Source of the DNA: Nitrospirota bacterium
GTDB taxonomy: Bacteria > Nitrospirota > UBA9217
Direction: 5' to 3'
Length of the DNA: 64,000 nucleotides
Assembly (NCBI GenBank): GCA_963754875.1
Contig: CAVWHO010000016.1
Span: 512,001 to 576,000 of the forward strand
Below are positions 30,564 through 41,125 of the stretch, one piece after another. The translations under genes and the position numbers were made by a program. The notes beneath the pieces were generated by a model, which made no database searches, was not told where the DNA came from, and saw only the letters and a list, made by a program, of their open reading frames with translations. How positions within the stretch are numbered: the stretch's first letter is position 1; every line of letters starts with the position of its first letter.

Positions 30564-30587
30564 ATCCGGCCTCCCGCCTGCCGTCAT

Positions 30588-32367
30588 CGTTTTGTCAAAA
30601 TACTGCGATTAATTTTTCTGATTGCTTTTGCTTTTCAAGATGTTCTTAACAATTCTCTTGTCTCCCCCCTGAAAATCGGCTAAAAGTAGTGTTGATAACA
30701 CCCTCAAGGGAGAGCATGCTCATGTCGAACACGTCGCGTGTTGCTCGTTTTATCATCTGGATCTGTTCCAAGTTCACTCGCGTTGAAATTGAACAGATCA
30801 CCGCCGGGTTACAGGATGTTCTCCAAAATCGCAATCCGGAAGTGAAACCGAAAGACGATTTTAAAGAGAAGCATCCAAACTACCGGCAGTTCGCGGTCGA
30901 TCCAAAACCGCCGCTCACCGAACCGCTGCTCGAAAAAAAACACAAGAAACGAAAGACTACAACCAACTCTTAGCTCAGTACGAAGCGCTTCACGGAAAGC
31001 CTCTTGCTGCTGTAAAGCGCTGGGGCAAGTCTCATGCACTCCCCAAACTGGTTTTTTGCCCCGTCTGCAATGCCCCGCACGACTATCTCTACTACAACGA
31101 CGGTAAGAAAAAATCTCAGATCAGGTGCAAGGTCTGTGGTCACTTGTTTCAAGCCGACCAGAGATTCCGTAAAAACGATAAGTCAAAATACTTTTGCCCC
31201 TACTGCAACCACGCTCTCTTTCGTTGGAAAATGCGGAAAGAGGTTACGCTTTACAAATGCCCCAACGATGACTGCCAGCACCGCGTCCAGGCCATCGCAA
31301 AACTTAATCCGGCTGAGCGTGCATTACAGAAGAAACGAAGCTCGCAGTTCAAGCTCTGCTACCAGTACCGGGAGTATCATTACAAACCCCAAGAGCTTCT
31401 TCACTCTGAGCCCGAAAAGCCGATCGTCGAGCTTACGAAGATCCATAACTCCGAGAACGTCCTCGGCCTGATCCTTGCCTTTTATGTTTCCTTCGCCGTT
31501 CCAGCCAGGAAAACCGCGGCTATTTTGAAGTCCGTCTTCAATATCAAAGTCTCTTATCAGACGGTCCTAAATTATGCGGCAGCCGCAGCGTTTTACTGCC
31601 ACAGCTACAATCTCCAGCGTAAAGGCCCGATCGATTCTATTCAGGCTGGCGATGAAACGTATATCAGGGTCCTGGGGAAGCATCAATACGTCTTTTTCTT
31701 CATCTCATCCAAGAGCCTGAAAATCACCGCCTACCATGTTGCCGATAACCGGGGAACGCAACCAGCAATCATCGCCATGAACGAAGCGATCCGTACCGCA
31801 GCTCCCGGTCAGGAGATTATCCTCGTGACCGACGGCAATCCTTCCTACCCAGCCGGCATCCATTTTCTGAATGCTCAGGAAGGCGATGATCCCGATATCC
31901 AGCACCACAAGGTCATCGGCCTCCAAAACCTCGATGCCGAGTCAACGGAATGGAGGGCGTTTAAACAGCTCATCGAGCGCTTGAATAGGACCTACAAGTA
32001 TCACGTGAGGCCTGCGGCCGGTTTCAACAGTAACAACGGCTCCGTGGTCCTGACGACGCTCTTTGTGACCCATTACAACTTTCTCCGCCCTCACATGTCA
32101 TTGAACTACAAGCCACCCGTTCAATTGCCGGAGCTCCAGGCCATTACCACGCTTCAGGGCAAATGGGCGAAGATTCTTTCTCTCGCTGCTTAAACTTTCC
32201 GCCTGCTACATCTCAAAGAACGATCTCGTTAATGGACTTCTGTTGCCTGCCGCGTCCCATGCCGACGGTCGATCCGCCGCTAGATGATCTGGCTCCCCGT
32301 CGCTAACCTTATCCGTCGATCATTTCATAGGGTCTACTCTCATTTTCATGAAAGTTTTGACACTATC
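30588..32367 (+). mobile_element. Insertion sequence, IS6-like DDE element with 8-bp target duplication
   Basis: GCCGTCAT at 30580-30587 and 32368-32375; imperfect terminal IRs CGTTTTGTCAAAA / revcomp GATAGTGTCAAAA. Family assignment is tentative. Confidence 0.8.
30716..32193 (+). CDS. DDE transposase split over two frames (-1 shift at A8, 30933-30940)
   Basis: ORF1 ends at 30973; the second frame is open from 30865 and has four CxxC-type motifs plus GDETYI, VTDGNPSY, IERLNRTYK, HYNFLRPH. Confidence 0.85.
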
Positions 32368-32377
32368 GCCGTCATAT

Positions 32378-32392
32378 ATTAGCAGAGCTAAT
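32378..32392. promoter_or_regulatory. LysR-type T-N11-A operator
   Basis: ATTAG-CAGAG-CTAAT dyad between the divergent lysR and thioesterase genes. Confidence 0.6.
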
Positions 32393-32484
32393 TAACGAGA
32401 GCAATACTATTAATTTTACTAATGTGAGCAATCCAGGGATAATGTCGGCAACGGGAAATTTCGTCTCAAGGTACGGAGGACCTT

Positions 32485-32916
32485 ATGAAGAACGGTTCAT
32501 TGCAACCCGGCTTGTCTTATGAATTCAGTTTCAAGGTGACAGAGAACAAAACCGTGCCGCACCTCTATCCGGAATCGCCGGAATTCAGCTTGATGCCGCC
32601 TGTTTTGGCCACGGGGTACATGATTGGGCTCTTCGAATGGGCTTGTATTCAGGCGGTCAACCCTTATATCGATTGGCCCCAAGAGCAGACGGTCGGCACG
32701 CATATCGATGTGAGCCATGAAGCTGCTACGCCAGCCGGTCTTATTGTTTCCGTTACGGTGAAACTGGAGGCCGTAGAGGGAAGGAGGCTGCTCTTTTCCA
32801 TAAAAGCACACGATGGAATCGATAAGATATCCGAAGGTACTCACGAACGGTACATCATTCTTGCTTCGAAGTTTAATGAGAAGGCTAAAGCAAAGGCTGC
32901 ACGAGGTGCGTCGTAA
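32485..32916 (+). CDS. Hotdog-fold thioesterase (FlK-like)
   Basis: VLATGYMIGLFEWAC, TVGTHIDVSHEAATP, GTHERYII. Confidence 0.85.
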   Translation: MKNGSLQPGLSYEFSFKVTENKTVPHLYPESPEFSLMPPVLATGYMIGLFEWACIQAVNPYIDWPQEQTVGTHIDVSHEAATPAGLIVSVTVKLEAVEGRRLLFSIKAHDGIDKISEGTHERYIILASKFNEKAKAKAARGAS

Positions 32917-33094
32917 CAGAAGCGCTTTTTGAGAATTGGGGATTACAAAGCAGGCAGGAGGATCCGGCACTTACCGTCCCAAAAGTATATCCGAGGATCA
33001 TGACGATGAGCTCAACAAGAGACGACAAAAGCAGTACTGGACTATGATTCCCCTTGCATACATCTTACAAGCCGTCACCCTTGCGCGTTTTTTT

Positions 33095-33904
33095 CTATCT
33101 TAACAACAGCGAGATCGCGCCGGTGTTGCATACCCTCCGGCATAAGCCGCAGCCGAAACACTTGTGAGGATCGATATGGGCATGGAATGTGCCATGGTGC
33201 TGGTGGCTTTCGATTGCCTTGAAATTGCACTCAACATCGCACAGCCCGCAGCCAATGCAGAGCGCTTCATCCACCCGTGCCACGTACTCCGCGCGCTCCA
33301 TGGTCTCCACGCTGGTCCGGGAAAGGGTCAGCATGGCGAGACAATCCTCAGGCCCGCAGTTGCAGATTGCGCCGATGAAAGGGGTCATCATGGTCCAGAT
33401 CGTATGGACCCTTCCCTGCTCTTCCATTGCCTTCATCTGGGAGATTGCAGCGTCGGGTGCGAGTGCTTCCAGGCCTTCATCGGAAGCTTTGCCGAAGTAC
33501 CCCATGTCGATCGAGTTGTACCAGGCCTCGGGACCGTAGCTCACTGCGTAGCAGCAGCGCTCTTCTTTTTTCCCGATGTTCCATCTGCACGCGCAGGGCA
33601 TGCGCACCACGGTCCTGGCCTTGCCGACGAGGTCGCTGATCTCCTCGATAGGCAGCACCTGCCCGAAGTGCTCTGACTTGGACTTTTGAACCATGGCGGT
33701 CTTTACCGCCTGCGGGAGCTTGCCTTTTTTCCGAAAGATCGTCTCGAGCCTTCCTAATGTCTGGAACCCTTCGCTGAAGGCGGAAGTCAGGAATTTCTCG
33801 ATATAGCTGCGGCGATTAAGATCGGACAGAAGGTCCTGGCCGTAATTCGCCGCATTCTTGTACCAGATCTTACCGTCTCCGTGTTTTGTACAGAATTCAC
33901 ACAT
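33095..33904 (-). CDS. Fe-S protein with C-terminal 2x[4Fe-4S] ferredoxin domain
   Basis: CIGCGLCDVEC and CFGCGLCRRVC; also N-terminal CEFC, PCACR, ICNC. Confidence 0.85.
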   Translation of the reverse strand: MCEFCTKHGDGKIWYKNAANYGQDLLSDLNRRSYIEKFLTSAFSEGFQTLGRLETIFRKKGKLPQAVKTAMVQKSKSEHFGQVLPIEEISDLVGKARTVVRMPCACRWNIGKKEERCCYAVSYGPEAWYNSIDMGYFGKASDEGLEALAPDAAISQMKAMEEQGRVHTIWTMMTPFIGAICNCGPEDCLAMLTLSRTSVETMERAEYVARVDEALCIGCGLCDVECNFKAIESHQHHGTFHAHIDPHKCFGCGLCRRVCNTGAISLLLR

Positions 33905-33986
33905 GGTAGGTATCTACAACAATCCTATGGCAGGCTACTGCTCAGTTTAAAAACTGAGCAGTTTCCAGGCAGGGCGGTTAAATTTC

Positions 33987-35540
33987 CTACTCCCACTCGA
34001 TCGTGCTCGGCGGCTTCGAAGAGATGTCGAAGCAGACTCGGTTCACGCCCTTCACCTCATTGATGATCCGGTTGGACATGACGCCCAGGAGGTCGTAGGG
34101 GATCTTTGCCCAGTCAGCGGTCATGCCGTCCTGGCTCGTGACCGCACGGATCGCCACTACGTTTTCGTAGGTTCTTTCGTCGCCCATGACGCCGACGGTC
34201 TTGATCGGAAGCAGCACGGCAAAGGACTGCCAGACCTGTTTGTAGAGCCCCGCTTTCTTGATCTCCTCGAGGACGATGGCATCTGCCTCGCGCAGAATCC
34301 TGAGCCTCGGCTCGGTCACTTCTCCCAGGATCCGGATGGCAAGCCCCGGCCCGGGGAAAGGCTGGCGGTCAATGATATCATCGGGCATCTTCATTTCACG
34401 GCCGATGGCCCGGACTTCGTCCTTGAATAACTCCCTAAGCGGCTCTACAAGTTTGAGCTTCATTTTCTCCGGCAGACCGCCTACATTGTGATGGGACTTG
34501 ATGATTGCCGACGGCCCTTTAAACGATACGCTCTCGATCACGTCGGGATAGAGGGTGCCCTGGACAAGAAATTCCGCCCCTCCCACGGCAAGGGCTTCGC
34601 GCTCGAACACTTCGATAAAAGTGTTGCCGATGATCTTCCGCTTTTTCTCAGGGTCCTCGACCCCGGCGAGCTTGCTCAGAAACTCCTGGGAAGCGTCGAC
34701 GTACTTGAGGTTCAGCCCCATGTTTTTAAACGACTGCTGGACCTGTTCTGCCTCATTCTTGCGGAGCACGCCGTTGTTCACGAATATGCAAGTGAGTTGT
34801 TTGCCGATGGCCTTGTGCACGAGGACCGCGGCAACGGACGAATCCACGCCTCCCGAGAGGCCGCACACGGCTTTTTTATCGCCGACAGACTTGCGGATCT
34901 CGTTGACGGAATAGTCCACAAAGGACGCCATGGTCCAGGTCGGCTCGCATTTGCAAATCGTATACACGAAGTTCCGGAGGATCTGTGTGCCATGCGGTGT
35001 ATGCGCCACTTCGGGATGAAACTGCACCCCGTAGAATCTGCCTTGGGTGTCCATCATGGCGGCAGTCGGAGAATTGTCGGTATGCGCTATGGCAATAAAG
35101 CCCGACGGCATCTTCTCGATCCGGTCGCCGTGACTCATCCAGACGATCGTCGTACAGGCGCCCTCGCCGATCCCTGCAAAGAGTTTTTCGCCTTTATGGA
35201 TATTCAGCTCGGCCCTGCCGAACTCGCGTTTTTGCGATTTTGCGACTTCTCCCCCGAGTACGTGAGTAAGGAGCTGCATGCCGTAGCAGATGCCGAGCAC
35301 GGGCACGCCCAGTTCGAGGTGGGCCTTGTCGATGAGCGGCGCGCCCGGGTCATATACGCTTGACGGTCCGCCGGAGAGGATCAGCCCCTTGGGCCGGAAA
35401 GCCTTGACCTTGTCGAGCCCTGCATTGTACGGGAATATTTCGCAATAGACCTTGGCTTCCCTCACCCGCCTCGCGATGAGCTGGGTATACTGGGACCCGA
35501 AGTCGAGGATAAGGATACGTTCGCTGTGGATGTCTGACAC
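33987..35540 (-). CDS. guaA: GMP synthase (glutamine-hydrolysing)
   Basis: [44 protein letters not shown] start follows an RBS. Confidence 0.97.
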   Translation of the reverse strand: MSDIHSERILILDFGSQYTQLIARRVREAKVYCEIFPYNAGLDKVKAFRPKGLILSGGPSSVYDPGAPLIDKAHLELGVPVLGICYGMQLLTHVLGGEVAKSQKREFGRAELNIHKGEKLFAGIGEGACTTIVWMSHGDRIEKMPSGFIAIAHTDNSPTAAMMDTQGRFYGVQFHPEVAHTPHGTQILRNFVYTICKCEPTWTMASFVDYSVNEIRKSVGDKKAVCGLSGGVDSSVAAVLVHKAIGKQLTCIFVNNGVLRKNEAEQVQQSFKNMGLNLKYVDASQEFLSKLAGVEDPEKKRKIIGNTFIEVFEREALAVGGAEFLVQGTLYPDVIESVSFKGPSAIIKSHHNVGGLPEKMKLKLVEPLRELFKDEVRAIGREMKMPDDIIDRQPFPGPGLAIRILGEVTEPRLRILREADAIVLEEIKKAGLYKQVWQSFAVLLPIKTVGVMGDERTYENVVAIRAVTSQDGMTADWAKIPYDLLGVMSNRIINEVKGVNRVCFDISSKPPSTIEWE

Positions 35541-35662
35541 GGAAAACCCCTTTCGCATGAAATATGAACGGTATTATATCAGGATGTCGATAGCTGTCAA
35601 TCGGAGAATCGGCTGAAAAACTGACCTTGACAAGGTTCGCCGTGACCGTTTATTATAAATTC

Positions 35663-36421
35663 ATGGGACTGCCGCAGTATCGAAGACTTCGCGAAACAGC
35701 GCACCGGGTGGCCGCTACGCTCCCGAAACCCGCTTTTTACGTAAGGCACGAAAGCTTCATTCAACGGGCCAACGAGACCCTCGCGAACCATGACCTTGTC
35801 AAACGGTGCCGGTCCTACCTCGACGAATCGCAGATGGAATGCGCGCACGGTCTTTTTCACTGTGAAGCTGTCGCCCGGGACGCTGGAGCGCTCATCCTGA
35901 TCGAAATGAAGGAACGCGGCGCTACCTGGCAGGAGACCGAACCGCTGTTCACCGCGGCGCTCATCGCCGGATTGCTTCATGATATCAAGCGAAAAGAGCA
36001 GGACCATGCCGTTCGGGGCAGCATTGAGGCGGAAAAGATCCTGACGGGCCTCGGCATGAGTTTGAGAGAGCGCCAATACATTGCCGATGCAATCAGGAAC
36101 CACGAAGCTTTCCAGGAGACCTTCGAACGTGACGACGACGCGGGAAGGCTTGTAAGCGACGCGCTCTATGATGCCGATAAGTTCCGGTGGGGACCCGAAA
36201 ACTTCACAACGACCCTCTGGCTCATGGTGGAAACCCATAACACTCCTATCGAGTCGTTGCACAGAACGTTCCGGGAAAAGATGAAGGGGATTGAAAAAAT
36301 CAAGGAAACCTTCCGGACCCCAACGGGCAGGCAGTTCGGTCCGGAATTTATCGATATGGGGATAGCTATCGGAAATGCGATTTACGAGGAAATGAACTCA
36401 CTCCTTAAGCTCGGATGCTGA
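35663..36421 (+). CDS. HD-domain phosphohydrolase-like protein
   Basis: HGLFH..LLHDI..DHA..RNHE..YDADKF. Confidence 0.75.
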   Translation: MGLPQYRRLRETAHRVAATLPKPAFYVRHESFIQRANETLANHDLVKRCRSYLDESQMECAHGLFHCEAVARDAGALILIEMKERGATWQETEPLFTAALIAGLLHDIKRKEQDHAVRGSIEAEKILTGLGMSLRERQYIADAIRNHEAFQETFERDDDAGRLVSDALYDADKFRWGPENFTTTLWLMVETHNTPIESLHRTFREKMKGIEKIKETFRTPTGRQFGPEFIDMGIAIGNAIYEEMNSLLKLGC

Positions 36422-36497
36422 GAGGCCATCTGCTCCAGTCGTTTACGCTTCGTTCCCTTCCCTGCTCATTACCTCCGGCCTGCCCTCTGCCGCCTGT

Positions 36498-37397
36498 TCA
36501 CTCCGTATCCTGCTCCTTCTTCCCGTACACTTTTTTCATAACTGCACCAGCGCGCTCCTTGCGCGTTTCGAGCACGCCCTGCTTGAACGGCAGGGTTTCT
36601 TCAGCAAACATCGCAGAGCGGAGCCAGTCGTAGGCAAGCTTCAGGAGCTCGGCGTCGTCGGTGCGGACCTTGTCGATCCGTTCCGCGGGGATATCGTAGG
36701 TCTCAAGAAAACTGCTGCCGAACACGAACTCGCGGAAGTAGTCCGTATTGGTGCTGACCATAAAGAACATCTTATTTTTGATGTCGGGAAACTCCCTTTC
36801 GCCGAAGGATTTCTTTTTGATCAGGATATCCATCCAACCGCGGTTAATATCGTCGTACAGGTCCGCTTCCTGGTCCTTGCGCCACGCGTCTATGGTCCAG
36901 TCCTTGTCCTCTTCGAAGCCCTTGCAGTGGTCCTCTTTGGTCAAAAAATAGAACTCGTCCTTGCCACCCTCGGACTCTTTATTCCTGAGCGTTGCCATGC
37001 CGATGGGATAATAGCGACAGATGTTCGGCCGGTCCTCGTACACCGTGCAGCCGTCGGGCGTTACGAACGGGCAGCTTCGTTTTTCGTCGCTCTGCATCTT
37101 GAGCGTGATCACGGGAAGGAGCGTCTTCGCGAGGATCTCGATCTCGCAATACTGGTTGATGAAGTCCTCGGAGGTCATGCCGAGCCTTTTCCTGAGACGC
37201 AGGAGGTCGTAGGGCGGCAGCACAATGTTGATGTTGCTGCAGCAGGCGGTAAAACACTTCACGCCCTTGTGGCAGCTGAACTTAAACCTGCTGTTCCCCG
37301 TCAGCTTGACGGGCAGGACCTTATCAGTATCGCTCTTTTTGAGCGGCTCGACTTTGATATCTTCCGCTATCATCTTTTCTTTTTTCTTATCTTTCAT
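36498..37397 (-). CDS. YkgJ/UPF0153 cysteine-cluster protein
   Basis: FSCHKGVKCFTACC, CPF, CTVYEDRPNICRYYP. Confidence 0.85.
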   Translation of the reverse strand: MKDKKKEKMIAEDIKVEPLKKSDTDKVLPVKLTGNSRFKFSCHKGVKCFTACCSNINIVLPPYDLLRLRKRLGMTSEDFINQYCEIEILAKTLLPVITLKMQSDEKRSCPFVTPDGCTVYEDRPNICRYYPIGMATLRNKESEGGKDEFYFLTKEDHCKGFEEDKDWTIDAWRKDQEADLYDDINRGWMDILIKKKSFGEREFPDIKNKMFFMVSTNTDYFREFVFGSSFLETYDIPAERIDKVRTDDAELLKLAYDWLRSAMFAEETLPFKQGVLETRKERAGAVMKKVYGKKEQDTE

Positions 37398-37446
37398 AAC
37401 ACCCTCTTTGCTATTTCCTTTTTATTCCGCATTCCGCCACATGATG

Positions 37447-37495
37447 CCCCCCACCTTTTATTCTCTCCCCTCAGGGGAGAGGGCAGGGTGTGGGG
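37447..37495. repeat. REP-like GC-rich palindrome
   Basis: CCCCCACC..TCTCCCC-TCA-GGGGAGA..GGGTGTGGGG nested hairpin in an intergenic gap. Confidence 0.6.
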
Positions 37496-37500
37496 TGGTT

Positions 37501-38001
37501 TCACTTCATCCATCCTTGTATTTCGTGATGCTGCTTTATGAACAGCTCGACGCCCTCATGATCGGGTCCGAGAATTTCCTTGAACCTGTCGAGCGCTTCG
37601 TAAAATTGCATCTCTCTCGTGCCGCTGACAAGGTTGTCGGCATAGGAAACGATCTTTTCTTCGGCCGTCCGGGGCAGGTAATCCTTTTCCGGCAAGCCGA
37701 GCCGCACGGCCTCCCGTGCCGTTAGGCCCGCGCCGATGTGGCGCTCGATGATCTTGACGAGTGCGTCCGGAAATTCGAGACTTCTTGCGATAGCAACGCC
37801 CGCCACGGCATGGTCGATCCCATGCGTCTTCGATCTGCCGATATCATGGAACAGGCCGCCCTGGCGCACCAAGGCATGGTCTACGCCAATGTTCACGCCT
37901 CTGGCGATTGAAAGTGCCATGTTCGAGACCGCTTTACAATGCGCGACAACGGCAGGCGAACATCCGGCGGCAATAAGAACCTCAACATCTGAACCGTGCA
38001 T
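37501..38001 (-). CDS. HDIG-domain metal-dependent phosphohydrolase
   Basis: VVAHC, FHDIGR, HAVAG, ERHIGAG, EKIVSYAD. Confidence 0.85.
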   Translation of the reverse strand: MHGSDVEVLIAAGCSPAVVAHCKAVSNMALSIARGVNIGVDHALVRQGGLFHDIGRSKTHGIDHAVAGVAIARSLEFPDALVKIIERHIGAGLTAREAVRLGLPEKDYLPRTAEEKIVSYADNLVSGTREMQFYEALDRFKEILGPDHEGVELFIKQHHEIQGWMK

Positions 38002-38080
38002 AGCGTGATGAATAATACCACTTTTCAACTGAAATTCAATAAGTTTGAAGAGTGGACCCCTGCATCTCCAGCCTGATTTT

Positions 38081-38112
38081 AAAAAAAAAGGGCTGGCCGT
38101 TCGGCCAGCCCC
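38081..38112 (-). terminator. Intrinsic terminator after hppA
   Basis: GGGCTGGCCG/CGGCCAGCCC hairpin plus T9 on the minus strand. Confidence 0.85.
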
Positions 38113-38137
38113 TCGTTGGATAAGATGTTGCAGATGC

Positions 38138-40216
38138 CTATCTGATCAACGGAACGATCAGAAGCGCAACGATGTTGATGACCTTGATCATCGGGTTGAT
38201 GGCCGGGCCCGCGGTGTCCTTGTAAGGATCGCCGACCGTATCGCCGGTCACCGATGCTTTGTGTCCATCGCTCCCCTTCTTATGTACGACGCCTTTGCTG
38301 TCGGTAACGCCGTCTTCAAAGGACTTCTTGGCATTGTCCCATGCGCCGCCGCCTGAGGTCATGGCGATCGCCTGGAACAGGCCGGTCAGGATGGCGCCGA
38401 TGAGCACGCCGCCCAGGGCTTCTTTGCCCAGGAGGAGGCCAACCAGGACGGGAACGACTACCGGGAGGAGCGCCGGAACCATCATCTCATTGATGGCGCT
38501 CTTGGTCACAATGTCAACGCACTTGCCATACTGAGGCTTTCCCGTGCCTTCCATGATGCCCTTGATCTCGCGGAACTGCCTGCGAACTTCTTCCACCACA
38601 CCACCCGCAGCCTTACCCACGGACTCCATGAGGAGGGAGCCGAAGTAGTAGGGGAGCAAGCCGCCGATGAACAGGCCGGCGAGGACCATCGGGTTCGAAA
38701 GGTCGAACAGGATCGTCGTTCCGAATGAGCGTGAATATTCTGAAAAAAGCACCAAAGCGGCAAGGGCCGCAGAGCCGATGGCATAGCCCTTGGTCACTGC
38801 CTTGGTCGTGTTGCCGACCGCATCGAGAGGATCGGTGATATCGCGGATGGCCTGCGGGAGCCCGGCCATTTCAGCGACGCCGCCCGCATTGTCCGTGATC
38901 GGACCGTACGAGTCAATGGCCACGACGATACCGGTCATGGAGAGCATGGACACAGCTGCCAGCGCGATGGCGAAGATGCCGCCGGCTGCTGCATTCGCTT
39001 GACCGGAAAATCCGCCGCCAAGCCAGTAAGCGCCGAGGATCGAGGCAACGATCACGATCACAGGCGCTGCGGTGGACTTCATGCTGACTGCGAGTCCGGC
39101 GATCACGTTCGTGCCGTGTCCGGTCAGGCTGGCCTGTGCAATGTGCTGTACCGGGGAATACTCTTTAGCAGTAAAGTACTCGGTGATCCACACAATCAAC
39201 CCGGTGAGAGCAAGGCCGATGAGGGAGATAAAGAACACGGTGTTAGCCGTAAAAACGCCGGCATTGGCGCCGAGGCTATCGATAAAGCTTTTGGACACGA
39301 AATAGAACGCGACTGCCGCGATAACGCCTGCAACGGCAAGGCCCTTGTACAGGGCGCCCATGATGTAGTTGCTCTTGCCGAGCTTCACGGCATAAGTGCC
39401 GATGATGGAAGCAATGATCGAAACACCGCCGAGCATGAGCGGGAACTCGATCCACGGGCTGGCCGCGCCGAACACGGTCTTGGCGAGGAGCATGGCGGCC
39501 ACGAGGGTCACCGTGTAGGTCTCATAGAGGTCAGCGGCCATGCCAGCGCAGTCGCCGACGTTGTCGCCCACGTTGTCGGCGATCACGGCGGGGTTGCGCG
39601 GGTCGTCTTCGGGGATGTTCTTCTCAACCTTACCCACGAGATCGGCGCCCACGTCAGCTGCCTTGGTATAGATACCGCCTGCGATACGGGCAAACACGCT
39701 CATGAGCGAGCAGCCAAAGCCGAGACCAATAAGAGCATGGGATACCTGTTCAGCCGGAGCAAACGTCTTGGCGACGAGGTAAAAACCGGCAAGGCCGATG
39801 ATCCCGAGACCCACGACCATGATGCCGGTCACGGAGCCGCCCTTGAATGCGAGGCTGAGCGCGGCCTGGAGGCCTTTGCTCGCTGCCGCGGCAGTGCGCA
39901 CGTTCGCACGGAGCGATACCCACATGCCGATAAAGCCCGCGAGGGCGGAACCCACCGTACCGATGATAAATCCGACGGCTGCCCACAATCCGAGTGCGGG
40001 AACGAAAGCCAGAATAGCTACCAGAATGACCGCGACAATTGCTACTGTTCTATACTCGCGCGCTATGAACGCATAGGCGCCTTCCTTCACTGCATCGGAA
40101 ATTTCCCTCATCTTGGCGTTGCCTGAATCCTGTTTGTTCACCCAGATAGCGGTCATGATGCCGTAGATAACGCCAGCAATGCCGCAGATCAGGGCAAATA
40201 GAATCGTGTTACTCAT
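38138..40216 (-). CDS. hppA: Membrane-bound pyrophosphatase, K+-independent H+-pumping type
   Basis: [26 protein letters not shown] (Lys variant), GDPYKDT. Confidence 0.95.
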   Translation of the reverse strand: MSNTILFALICGIAGVIYGIMTAIWVNKQDSGNAKMREISDAVKEGAYAFIAREYRTVAIVAVILVAILAFVPALGLWAAVGFIIGTVGSALAGFIGMWVSLRANVRTAAAASKGLQAALSLAFKGGSVTGIMVVGLGIIGLAGFYLVAKTFAPAEQVSHALIGLGFGCSLMSVFARIAGGIYTKAADVGADLVGKVEKNIPEDDPRNPAVIADNVGDNVGDCAGMAADLYETYTVTLVAAMLLAKTVFGAASPWIEFPLMLGGVSIIASIIGTYAVKLGKSNYIMGALYKGLAVAGVIAAVAFYFVSKSFIDSLGANAGVFTANTVFFISLIGLALTGLIVWITEYFTAKEYSPVQHIAQASLTGHGTNVIAGLAVSMKSTAAPVIVIVASILGAYWLGGGFSGQANAAAGGIFAIALAAVSMLSMTGIVVAIDSYGPITDNAGGVAEMAGLPQAIRDITDPLDAVGNTTKAVTKGYAIGSAALAALVLFSEYSRSFGTTILFDLSNPMVLAGLFIGGLLPYYFGSLLMESVGKAAGGVVEEVRRQFREIKGIMEGTGKPQYGKCVDIVTKSAINEMMVPALLPVVVPVLVGLLLGKEALGGVLIGAILTGLFQAIAMTSGGGAWDNAKKSFEDGVTDSKGVVHKKGSDGHKASVTGDTVGDPYKDTAGPAINPMIKVINIVALLIVPLIR

Positions 40217-40357
40217 TAGTTCCCCTCCTTTAGATTAGATTATATCGTTCTGTTGTTTTCAATCTCATAAAATGCGCTCATCGCATCCTTGGGCGCGAAC
40301 TGCCGCAATACGTTTCCCCCAGGCATCCCTCCCTCAAAAAACCTTGTATGAGATACA

Positions 40358-40804
40358 TTAATCGCCGATTTCGCCGAGCTTGCCGCCGATCATGTCTTTC
40401 AGATAGAGGTTCTCCGCCTTCAGGTTCTTTACCAGGACCCGGACCACGTCCCGCATGGAAAGAAGTCCTACCAGTCCGCTCTCTTCGACGACCGGGGTGT
40501 GGCGGATGTTGTTTCGGATCATGATGGCCATGACATAGTCGAGGTCATCGCCGGGCTTTACTACCAGAAGGTTTGTACTCATAACGTCCTTGATCTTGAC
40601 GTCCTTGCACTGTTTCCCCTCTTCCGCGGTCGTTTTGACGATATCACGCTCGGTGATAATGCCTGCGAGCGATCCCCGGTCCATGACGAGGAGCGCGCCG
40701 ATGTTGCATTCCGTCATCTGCTTCGCTCCATCGAGCATCGATTGGTCGCTTGTGATGCTGAAGCATTCCAGGCCTTTGATACTAAGCAGTTCTTTGACTT
40801 TCAT
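40358..40804 (-). CDS. Stand-alone CBS-pair protein
   Basis: IGALLV..GIITERD, IRHTPVV..GLLSMRDVV. Confidence 0.88.
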   Translation of the reverse strand: MKVKELLSIKGLECFSITSDQSMLDGAKQMTECNIGALLVMDRGSLAGIITERDIVKTTAEEGKQCKDVKIKDVMSTNLLVVKPGDDLDYVMAIMIRNNIRHTPVVEESGLVGLLSMRDVVRVLVKNLKAENLYLKDMIGGKLGEIGD

Positions 40805-41125
40805 GGCATTCTCCTCTGCATAATCGTGGGATGGCGAACCGTTGTTAAAACGAAAACGCATTCCCGGTGGAGACCCAGTTTTTAACACGGGCTTATGATA
40901 CCCCTCCGCCATCAGACGTGGTATCGGTTACGGTTACCGAAAAAAGCGGGATGAGTATATCATAATTCTGTTCGTTGCGCTCTCGCAAATGCCGCTCAAG
41001 ACGGGGCATTTCGCAATTGCGCAACCCTGATTCCGACAGCCAAAATTTGACTTACCTCTGTTCCCGGAGGGAGCTGAACGCCCGGGCTGGCATCGGCCTC
41101 CCGGAGAGGCGGTCAGCCGGGGATA

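Noticed and set aside
30687..30699. TAGTGTTGATAAC as the left end of the IS
   Set aside because: It resembles the right end but has no flanking target duplication, whereas 30588 gives a perfect 8-bp duplication.
36413..36480. Selenocysteine read-through at ..GC-TGA of the HD protein
   Set aside because: No evident SECIS hairpin; the domain is complete and the frame runs into a convergent gene.
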